Assembly (NCBI GenBank): GCA_965214095.1
Contig: OZ243938.1
Location: forward strand, 4,608,001 to 4,672,000
Length of the DNA: 64,000 nucleotides
Reading direction: 5' to 3'
From: Candidatus Poribacteria bacterium
GTDB taxonomy: Bacteria > Poribacteria > WGA-4E > WGA-3G
This document shows, piece after piece, positions 10,181 to 18,710 of this stretch. The position numbers were made by a program, and so were the translations under genes. The notes under the pieces were generated by a model. That model was not told the DNA's origin. It ran no database searches and worked only from the letters and a program-made list of their open reading frames with translations. Every line of letters begins with the position of its first letter. Within the stretch, counting starts at the first letter, position 1.

Positions 10181-11383
10181 ATGTTGACCATTTTGAATAT
10201 CTCTCAGAATCATTTTGTTCGTGGTGGATCCGACCGTTATTTCTTCACTATGGCTGAGGTATTACAGAAAAATGGTCACAAGGTGATTCCGTTCACTGCT
10301 GCACATCCTAAAAATGAACCGACCGAATGGGATGAGTATTTTCCGCGGGCAGCAGATTTTGAAAATCCTGGACCAATTGATCTTTTACGTTTTATTTATT
10401 CTCGTGATGCTTCCAAATCCATTCAACGTTTATTGAAAAATACTGATATTGATATTGCACACTTTCATATATATTACGGTAAGTTAACGGCTTCAATTTT
10501 AGGTCATCTCAAAGAAGCTGGTATTCCATTGATTCAAACTCTGCATGAATACAAAATTACTTGTCCTGTATATAGTCATTTGTCAAACGATGAGATTTGT
10601 GAAGATTGCGAAGGAAAACACTTTTGGCGTGCATTACCTAAAAGGTGTAATAGAAGATCTCTGACACGTACTACATTGAGTGTGGTAGAGTCTTATGTAT
10701 CTCGCTATCTCGGTTCTGTTGATAAGTTTGACCATTTCATATCGGTTTCTCACTTTTTACGCAAAAAGATGATCCAGTATGGCGTGCCGGAAGATAAGAT
10801 TTCAACGGTACACAACTTTACTGACGTTACGAACTTTACACCGAATTATGATGAAGGGGATTATATACTCTACTTCGGGAGAGTGCATCGTAGTAAAGGG
10901 ATTTTTACTCTTATTGAAGCAGCCGCACCCCTAAAACATGTTCCGTTTTATATTGTTGGGGATGGAGAAGCAATGACTGAAGTGAAACAGTTTATAGAGG
11001 AAAATGGATGTGATCATATACAACTTTTAGGGTTTAAGAAGGGAGACGAACTCAAAGAACTGATTCAAGGGAGTATCTGTACTGTATTGCCATCGGAATG
11101 GTATGAAAATTGTCCTATGTCGGTCTTAGAATCTTATGCTTATGGTAAACCTGTAATCGGTGCTGACATTGGTGGAATCCCTGAGTTAATTGTTGATGGT
11201 GAGGATGGATTCCTTGTTCCGTCTGCTGCAACTGATTCATTGCGTGAGAAATTGCTGTGGATGGGTGAACATAAAACTGAGGCAGTAGAGATGGGGAGAA
11301 TTGGTAGAACGAAAATGGAAAGAGAATTTAATGCTGATATACACTATCAAAAGATATGTCACATTTATGAAAAAGTTTTGTAA
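10181..11383 (+). CDS. Glycosyltransferase family 4 (GT-B fold)
   Basis: N-terminal RGGSD, YFGRV..SKG, and PSEWYENCPMSVLESYAYGKPVI (EX7E motif), GGIPE. Confidence 0.92.
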   Translation: MLTILNISQNHFVRGGSDRYFFTMAEVLQKNGHKVIPFTAAHPKNEPTEWDEYFPRAADFENPGPIDLLRFIYSRDASKSIQRLLKNTDIDIAHFHIYYGKLTASILGHLKEAGIPLIQTLHEYKITCPVYSHLSNDEICEDCEGKHFWRALPKRCNRRSLTRTTLSVVESYVSRYLGSVDKFDHFISVSHFLRKKMIQYGVPEDKISTVHNFTDVTNFTPNYDEGDYILYFGRVHRSKGIFTLIEAAAPLKHVPFYIVGDGEAMTEVKQFIEENGCDHIQLLGFKKGDELKELIQGSICTVLPSEWYENCPMSVLESYAYGKPVIGADIGGIPELIVDGEDGFLVPSAATDSLREKLLWMGEHKTEAVEMGRIGRTKMEREFNADIHYQKICHIYEKVL

Positions 11384-11517
11384 TAATTAGAATGTATATT
11401 GTGTTGCATCAATTTCCATTATTTTGTAAAATGGGATTATATGATACTATGGATAAGTGCTTATGTTATACTAATAGCTGAGAATAAATTTATTAAAATT
11501 ATTTTATGGAGGATAAT

Positions 11518-12141
11518 ATGAAAAAAATACAAATTACATTGATATTTGTCTTGATTTGCTCATCATTAATTATGTCATGTGAGTACGCTTCAGATGTGCT
11601 GCATCCTGTTGCACCTGAAACGGACACCATGGGTCCACCAGAAGTGACAGATCCTGGGGAAATGACGGAAGTGATGGGTATGTTAGAAGGATCTCCAGTC
11701 GTTATTAATGAACTCATGGCGGATAATGATAACATTGCTATGGATCCGCAAGGGGACAACGACGATTGGGTTGAATTATTTAACCGTACTGACAGTTCTA
11801 TTGATCTTACTGGAATGTATCTTAGTGATAAAGTGGACAATCCAACTAAATGGCAATTTCCGGATGGTACAGAGATTGCTGCCAATGGATATCTCATTGT
11901 ATGGTGTGATGAAGATCATGATAATGAAGATGCTACTGAGGGTTTACATTCTAACTTCAAACTATCTAAAAGTGGTGAAACGGTCTTGTTGGTAGATACT
12001 GATGCGAATGATAATATGGTGTTGGATAGCGTTGTATTTGGTGAGCAGGAAACGGATGTTGCTATCGGTCGTATTCCAAATGGAACTGGCGATTTCCAAA
12101 TCGTACACCCCACACCCGAAGCAGAAAATACAGAAAATTAA
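11518..12141 (+). CDS. Exported lamin-tail-domain protein (probable lipoprotein)
   Basis: SD ggagga before ATG 11518; signal ending ..IMSC; VVINELMADN, DWVELFN, IDLTGMYLSD, NFKLSKSGE, PTP. Confidence 0.85.
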   Translation: MKKIQITLIFVLICSSLIMSCEYASDVLHPVAPETDTMGPPEVTDPGEMTEVMGMLEGSPVVINELMADNDNIAMDPQGDNDDWVELFNRTDSSIDLTGMYLSDKVDNPTKWQFPDGTEIAANGYLIVWCDEDHDNEDATEGLHSNFKLSKSGETVLLVDTDANDNMVLDSVVFGEQETDVAIGRIPNGTGDFQIVHPTPEAENTEN

Positions 12142-12217
12142 GATTCATACTGCCAAATCGTACTTTAGTAAAATTCATTTCTGTTTCCCCTTAGTGAAAA
12201 TCTAAGAATATAGAAAG

Positions 12218-12277
12218 GGAAGACTGAATGAAATTGTAAGACAACTTACTCCTTCTGTTTTTATCATTCAGTCTTCC
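12218..12277. other. Intergenic stem-loop: perfect 14-bp inverted repeat with a nested small hairpin
   Basis: ggaagactgaatga (12218-12231) pairs with tcattcagtcttcc (12264-12277); inner gtaag-acaa-cttac. Confidence 0.55.
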
Positions 12278-12315
12278 TCAATTTGTTCAAGTCTTAATAT
12301 AATTATGGATCATAA

Positions 12316-14400
12316 ATGCTAATGAAACTTTTTAATTCAACTCTGTCATCACGTTATCCTTATGAAAGACAAACCCATACATTTGCTATCATCATTCACC
12401 TAATCTTCTTGGTCTGTATGCAGTTCATTTTTTTGATTCAAGTTGCATCTGCACAGGCTGTAAACATACCTGATCCTGCTCTTCGTTCAGCTCTTGAGTT
12501 AGTATTAGGTAAACAAGTTGGTGAAGACATTACTCAAGGAGATATGGCAAGTCTATTAGTGTTTGATGCATTTGAATCTGGTATTCGCAATATTAGTGGT
12601 CTTGAGTTTGCTGTAAATCTGAATGAATTGCATCTTGGTCTTAACCGAATATCTGATATAACACCATTGAAAAGTTTGAAAAAACTTACTGTCCTAGATT
12701 TGCATCGGAACAGTAATATTTCAGATGTTTCTCCCCTCAAAGATTTAACAAATCTGACTTGGCTCTCCCTTCGAGGCAATAGAATATCAGATATGTCTTC
12801 GCTAAAGGATTTGGTAAATCTTACATACTTACATGTTGCTTATAACCGAATTTCGACTGTATCACCTTTTCAATCGTTGACAAACTTAACATTCTTGGAT
12901 ATTGAGGTGAATCGAATATCAGATTTAACACCACTCAGTGGGTTAACAAACTTGACATATCTTGATTTTGACAGCACACAAGTCTCAGATTTGACACCGC
13001 TTGAGTCATTAACAGAACTTAATGAATTAGATGCATCTGATAATCAGATTACGGATATAACAACACTGAAACATCTAACGAAACTGAAATATCTGGATCT
13101 TGATGACAATCAAATAACAGATATATCAGTACTAAGTGAGTTGACAAAGATGATGATACTGGATCTTGATGACAACCAGATATTAGATATTTCTCCACTT
13201 GAAGGTCTGACAAGACTAACCTGGCTGGATATTGATCACAGTCGGATTACAGATGTTTCACCACTAAGAAATATGGTGTTCCTAAAATATTTAGATCTTA
13301 ATGACAACATGATTACGGATTTGAGACCACTTAAGAATTTGATTAACCTTACAGAATTAGATCTTGATAGCAATATTATATCAGACATTTCGGCACTTAG
13401 AGGTTTGACTAAACTCAAAATACTAGATCTACATGGCAATAATATAAAAGACATATCACCACTGAAAAACATGAAAAATTTAACAGAATTAGATCTGGAC
13501 GATAATGAGATTATAGATATTACACCACTCAAGGACATGATACAACTCACAGTATTGGACCTTGACGGTAACAGAATAATAGATGTAACTCCACTAAAAG
13601 AGATGACAAACCTTATCGTTTTGGACTTGCATGACAACCATATATCAGATTTCTCACCGATTGAAGAATTGATTGGAAATCTAATGGACTACGATGCGAG
13701 TGGTCAAACGGATCCTCCTCCGGACCTAATTGTGGAACCTACAGTCAATTTAGCAGATGTAAACCGAGATGGTGTTGTGAATATCACAGACCTTGTTGTG
13801 ATTGCATCTAACTTTCATGATCCTGACTTAGAAACTCTCGCTGAGTCTAACATATTTCCTGATGTCAACGAGGATGGTAATGTTGATATTATAGACCTAT
13901 TAATTGTTGCATCGGAAATGAGTGCAGATGCTGATGCTCCAACACTTGACATGAAAATAGTTGAATTTTCTGATATGACAACAAAAAATCTATCACAGTG
14001 GATTTCGCACGCTAAGCAGCTTGATTTGGATGATCCACAATTGCAAAAAGGCATTGCCTTTTTAGTGCAAGTGTTAGAGGTCCTTTCTCTCGGAAATGAC
14101 CTTCCGAATAAGACAGCAATATTATTGAATTACCCAAATCCGTTTAATCCTGAGACTTGGCTACCATATCAGTTAGCGAAACCCGCAGAAGTAAGTATCT
14201 ACATTTATACTGCTGATGGAAAACTCGTACGGTCACTACATTTCGGAAATAAGTCTATTGGTATCTATCGTAGTAAATCCCGTGCAGCTTATTGGGATGG
14301 TCGGAACAACTTTGGTGAGTTAGTTGCAAGTGGGATTTATTTATATATCTTTACTGCCGATGATTTCACTGCAACTGGTAAAATGCTTCTGCGTAAGTAA
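12316..14400 (+). CDS. Secreted internalin-like LRR protein (~16 repeats) with dockerin-like pair and FlgD-Ig/T9SS-like C-terminal domain
   Basis: Cap IPDPALR; 22-aa LxxLDLxxNxIxDxxPL repeats; DVNRDGVVNITDL and DVNEDGNVDIIDL; NYPNPFNPETW...YWDG...ASGIY. Confidence 0.9.
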   Translation: MLMKLFNSTLSSRYPYERQTHTFAIIIHLIFLVCMQFIFLIQVASAQAVNIPDPALRSALELVLGKQVGEDITQGDMASLLVFDAFESGIRNISGLEFAVNLNELHLGLNRISDITPLKSLKKLTVLDLHRNSNISDVSPLKDLTNLTWLSLRGNRISDMSSLKDLVNLTYLHVAYNRISTVSPFQSLTNLTFLDIEVNRISDLTPLSGLTNLTYLDFDSTQVSDLTPLESLTELNELDASDNQITDITTLKHLTKLKYLDLDDNQITDISVLSELTKMMILDLDDNQILDISPLEGLTRLTWLDIDHSRITDVSPLRNMVFLKYLDLNDNMITDLRPLKNLINLTELDLDSNIISDISALRGLTKLKILDLHGNNIKDISPLKNMKNLTELDLDDNEIIDITPLKDMIQLTVLDLDGNRIIDVTPLKEMTNLIVLDLHDNHISDFSPIEELIGNLMDYDASGQTDPPPDLIVEPTVNLADVNRDGVVNITDLVVIASNFHDPDLETLAESNIFPDVNEDGNVDIIDLLIVASEMSADADAPTLDMKIVEFSDMTTKNLSQWISHAKQLDLDDPQLQKGIAFLVQVLEVLSLGNDLPNKTAILLNYPNPFNPETWLPYQLAKPAEVSIYIYTADGKLVRSLHFGNKSIGIYRSKSRAAYWDGRNNFGELVASGIYLYIFTADDFTATGKMLLRK

Positions 14401-14426
14401 ACCAATGTATTATAGGAGTCTATCAA

Positions 14427-15656
14427 TTGATACTTTTTACTTGTGATGTCTCAAGTGGTGCACGTTTCGCCGTCGAAAAACTAAGACTTAGTCAAATCCT
14501 CGTCCTTATTTTCACTGTCTGTGCACTTTTCTTAACACAGTGCCAGATAGCAAACGCGCAGACCATCAATATTCCTGATCCAAAACTGCGTGCAGTTCTT
14601 GAGTTGGCTCTCAACAAAGAAGTCGGTGAGGACATCACACAAGCTGATATGGCAAAGTTAGAATCTCTTGATGCATTTGAAGTTGGCATCACTGATTTAA
14701 CAGGACTTGAGTATGCTAGAAATTTGAAAGTAATGCATTTTGGTCTAAATCAGATTTCGAATTTGTCTCCACTCAAAGGATTGAATAAACTCACACTGTT
14801 AGATCTTCATCGAAATGGGAATATAGCGGATATATCACCACTCAAGGATTTGTCAAATCTAGCTTGGCTCTCACTTAGAGGAAACAGGATAGTAGACATG
14901 AAACCTCTTAAAGATTTGAAAAATCTAACATATTTACATATTGGATACAACCGCATATCGGATGTATCGCCCCTCAAAGATCTAAAACTATTAACATTCT
15001 TGAATCTTGATGAAAACCGTATATTGGATTTTTCACCTCTCAGTGTCTTAACAAATCTGAGATACTTAGCACTTGACGACAATAAAATTTCGAATTTGTC
15101 CCCACTTAGTGTTTTAACAAATCTAAGATATTTAAATCTTAACGATAATCAGATATCGGATATATCGCCCCTTCGTGTTCTGGTAAAGTTGGTTTTCATT
15201 GATCTTCATGGTAACCAGGTGTCAGATTTGTCCCCACTTAAGAATATGAGAGAAATGACAAACTTAAGACTTCAAGAAAATCATATAACCGATATATCAC
15301 CACTTAAAGATATGACAAAACTCATAAGGTTAGTTCTTCATGACAATCATATATTTGATTTCGCACCGATTTCTGGTGTGATTAATAATCTCATAGAATA
15401 TGACAATAGTAATCAAACTGCACCTCCTCCGCACTTGATAACAGAACTTACTTTCAACAAGGCGGATGTAAACCGCGATGGTGTTGTAAATATTACAGAT
15501 ATGGTTTTAGTTGCATCTAACTTTCGTGATTTTGACTTAGATGCTCTAGCAGAGATGAACATCTATCCAGATGTCAACAGTGATGATGATGTTGATATTA
15601 TTGATTTGCTCATAGTAGCTACTGAAATAGAGTCTACCAATGATAAAACACGATAG
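14427..15656 (+). CDS. Internalin-like LRR protein (~10 repeats) with dockerin-like pair; lacks the C-terminal FlgD-Ig domain
   Basis: SD taggag before a TTG start; paralog of 12316-14400 (first four repeats very similar); stops about 15 aa after the second dockerin repeat. Confidence 0.88.
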   Translation: MILFTCDVSSGARFAVEKLRLSQILVLIFTVCALFLTQCQIANAQTINIPDPKLRAVLELALNKEVGEDITQADMAKLESLDAFEVGITDLTGLEYARNLKVMHFGLNQISNLSPLKGLNKLTLLDLHRNGNIADISPLKDLSNLAWLSLRGNRIVDMKPLKDLKNLTYLHIGYNRISDVSPLKDLKLLTFLNLDENRILDFSPLSVLTNLRYLALDDNKISNLSPLSVLTNLRYLNLNDNQISDISPLRVLVKLVFIDLHGNQVSDLSPLKNMREMTNLRLQENHITDISPLKDMTKLIRLVLHDNHIFDFAPISGVINNLIEYDNSNQTAPPPHLITELTFNKADVNRDGVVNITDMVLVASNFRDFDLDALAEMNIYPDVNSDDDVDIIDLLIVATEIESTNDKTR

Positions 15657-15972
15657 TTTCCAATAGATTGTCTAGTATTTCTTGTTTCACCGATTGTTAT
15701 CTAATACTATATTATAGTTGACAAGAACCTTGAAGCGTAAGCACAACAATTGTAAAAAAGTATCACCGTTTTCCCCTAGAGATTGAACTCCAAGAATTGT
15801 CTACAGCAAAATTAGAGCACTCTATCCACATAGTGTGAAGGTTATTATTGAAGTTTCTGAATCAATTAGCAATGTAGTTTATATTGAACCTTAAGTCCTG
15901 ATGAATTATTGTCATTCCGTAATAGACATTTTACTTTATCAACACACAGATATTAGAATAAGGAATATATAT

Positions 15973-18660
15973 ATGCCTAAAATCTCAAGTATTATATTTA
16001 TTATACTTTATGGAATAATTTGTAACTTATTACCATCTTCTGCCGATATCCAATTTGAAGATGTATCGCATCAGGCAGGAATCACGCGAATTGGAGAGAG
16101 TTGGGGAAATGCATGGGGTGATTTTGATGGAGATGGTTATCTCGACTTATGGGCAACTAACTACAAGCACAAACCAAGTCTTTACAGGAACAATCGTGAT
16201 GGGACTTTTACAGATATTATTGACCAAGTATGGGATGCATATCACTTCGCAGACACGCATGGTGTTGCATGGGCAGATTTTGACAATGATGGTGACCAAG
16301 ATTTGATCGTCTTATGTGGAGCTGGAGGTGCGACGAATCGGATAAACCAAACTCATTATAATCATTTCTATATCAATGAGAAAAATAAACTAATTGAGCG
16401 TGCAGTTGAATTCGGTATTGACATGCCTTTACTGCGAGGTAGGGCTCCATTGTGGTTTGATTGGAACAAAGATGGACTCCTTGATCTCTTGGTAACTGGA
16501 AAAACCCAAACTGACCAGACTGGTAATCTTGTATCATCAACAATTTTTGAGCAAACTCAAACAGGATTTGAGAATGTAAATACAGAATCAGGATGTCATA
16601 TTGAAAAAGATTCCGCATTAGCCCAACTTGCTGATGTTACTGGTGATGGTGTTATGGAAATTTTTGTAGATGGTAATCTCTACCCCGCACATATATATGA
16701 TACATCATTTACACCCTTTAATGATATTTTAGCTGCTTTCAATTTCCCTAGAGTCTATAGTGTGCAAGATGCAGCGTTTGCCGATTTCAACGGTGATTTA
16801 GTTCCAGATGTGTTTGTAGCACGTGGTGTGTATAGATCTTTCATTGATGTATCAGGAGCAAATAATGTAAGAAACGCAGGTGATCTCACTGATCTAGAAA
16901 CAAATTCTTACATGATAAGAGTCAATGTAAAAGCTAATATCGGTGAAAAAGGTTTTAGTTTTAAGACAGAAGGACTTGTCAAATTTGAGGTGCATTCCGA
17001 TTGGGCATCGCAACTTCACCATTTGGTAATCGGCAAAAATGGAAATAATGTGTTTTCATTTGATGGAGAATTTGTACCAACGGATCGTGAGCGAAATGTT
17101 TCATCATTTACTGTTGTACTTGATCCTACTGACCCGAGAGTCGTTGGGTTGGCTGATCGGCCTGAAAACGAAAAATGGAGAACATACATTGGATATGAGC
17201 CAGAATCAAACCGATGGACAGTCTTATACCATACGAATCCACCTATTGATACAAATTGGACAGGATTTGAAGCTGTTATATCTTCGGTAAATTCGATAGT
17301 TGAAGTTGAAACAATTAATTTCAGTGGTTTAGATCTTTTCTATGTACCCAAGTCAATACTTTTTGTAACAGAACCACCCAATAATTTTTTGAGAAATGAT
17401 TTCTCTGAGTCAGTTGAAGCTCGTTCTGTGGTAGCAGGGGATTTTGACAATGATATGGATATTGACCTTTATATTGTTCGTTCTAATAGTGCAGCAAATC
17501 TTCCTAACCAACTCTATGAGAATCAAGGAGATGGTTCTTTTATTCAAGTGCCTGACGCTGGTGGTGCCGAAGCAAACACTCCAGGAAAGGGAATGAGTGT
17601 TACGATGGCGGACTATGACTTAGATGGTAATTTAGACTTATTTGTTACAAATGGTAGAGGAGTCTATCCATTTAACAATGGACCGGATCAACTTTTCCGT
17701 AACTTAGGGAGTGGTAACAATTGGCTTCAAATAGATTTACAAGGGACAGTATCAAATAGGGATGGGATTGGTGCGCGTCTTTTTGCTACCACACCTGATG
17801 GCAAGAAACAACTTCGTGAACGCAACGGGGGCATACATTGGGCACAACAAGATCAGAAACGTATACACTTTGGATTAGCTCAAAACGAGAAAGTCAGTGA
17901 ATTAGAAATTCATTGGCCAAGTGGAATCTTACAGAAGTTGACCGATGTTGAAGTAAACCAAGTATTGAAAGTTGTTGAAGAAGGAAAGCAACCACCGCGT
18001 GGTGATGTGAATCTGGATGGTAACATTGATATACTTGACCTTCTTATTATCGTTGCTCATTTTGGAGAAAGTTCAACATCAAACCCACGATTTGATGTAA
18101 ATAGAGATGGAAAAATAGATCTTGATGATGTCATCTATGTTATCAAAAGTATTGAAGAAAACCAAGATACTGCAGCACCAACTCTTGCTGAACAGACTTT
18201 ACCGACATCTGGAATAAAGTTAACTAACCATACTGCATTATCAGAAGTAGAAATTGCATTGCTTTTATCCTTTTATGAAAATATTGAAGAATTGTCAGAT
18301 GATACTACACAAATTGCAATTGTAAAACGATTCTTAGAAAAACTCTTGATACCGGTTAAAGTTCCAATGAAAACTAAACTACATGCAAACTATCCAAACC
18401 CGTTTAACCCTGAAACATGGATTCCTTATCAACTGGCTGAAGATTCTAACATCACAATTCGAATATATGATTCCTCTGGGAAAATCGTAAGGAAAATCCA
18501 TTCAGGACTTCAGAATTCAGGTTATTATATTAGTCGTGATAAAGCTGCCTATTGGAATGGATTAAATGAATCAGGAGAAAAAGTTGCAAGTGGAATCTAC
18601 TTTTACGAGTTAGCAACACCAACATTTAAACAGACGAGAAGATTAGTTATCAAAAAGTAA
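15973..18660 (+). CDS. Secreted FG-GAP/VCBS + ASPIC/UnbV (CRTAC1-like) protein with dockerin-like pair and FlgD-Ig domain
   Basis: Repeated (W/F)xDFDxDGxxDL motifs; NNWLQIDLQG..SNRDGIGAR, HFGL, IHWPSG (ASPIC/UnbV); DVNLDG and DVNRDG; NYPNPFNPETW. Start placed at ATG 15973 (SD aagga). Confidence 0.9.
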   Translation: MPKISSIIFIILYGIICNLLPSSADIQFEDVSHQAGITRIGESWGNAWGDFDGDGYLDLWATNYKHKPSLYRNNRDGTFTDIIDQVWDAYHFADTHGVAWADFDNDGDQDLIVLCGAGGATNRINQTHYNHFYINEKNKLIERAVEFGIDMPLLRGRAPLWFDWNKDGLLDLLVTGKTQTDQTGNLVSSTIFEQTQTGFENVNTESGCHIEKDSALAQLADVTGDGVMEIFVDGNLYPAHIYDTSFTPFNDILAAFNFPRVYSVQDAAFADFNGDLVPDVFVARGVYRSFIDVSGANNVRNAGDLTDLETNSYMIRVNVKANIGEKGFSFKTEGLVKFEVHSDWASQLHHLVIGKNGNNVFSFDGEFVPTDRERNVSSFTVVLDPTDPRVVGLADRPENEKWRTYIGYEPESNRWTVLYHTNPPIDTNWTGFEAVISSVNSIVEVETINFSGLDLFYVPKSILFVTEPPNNFLRNDFSESVEARSVVAGDFDNDMDIDLYIVRSNSAANLPNQLYENQGDGSFIQVPDAGGAEANTPGKGMSVTMADYDLDGNLDLFVTNGRGVYPFNNGPDQLFRNLGSGNNWLQIDLQGTVSNRDGIGARLFATTPDGKKQLRERNGGIHWAQQDQKRIHFGLAQNEKVSELEIHWPSGILQKLTDVEVNQVLKVVEEGKQPPRGDVNLDGNIDILDLLIIVAHFGESSTSNPRFDVNRDGKIDLDDVIYVIKSIEENQDTAAPTLAEQTLPTSGIKLTNHTALSEVEIALLLSFYENIEELSDDTTQIAIVKRFLEKLLIPVKVPMKTKLHANYPNPFNPETWIPYQLAEDSNITIRIYDSSGKIVRKIHSGLQNSGYYISRDKAAYWNGLNESGEKVASGIYFYELATPTFKQTRRLVIKK

Positions 18661-18710
18661 CCAATTTCCTGTATACGTTTTTTATTTTATTTACAATATT
18701 GGAGCATAGA

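Noticed and set aside
15657-15972. Pseudogenised FlgD-Ig tail of the second LRR gene
   Set aside because: I could not find NPFNP or YWDG remnants by eye.
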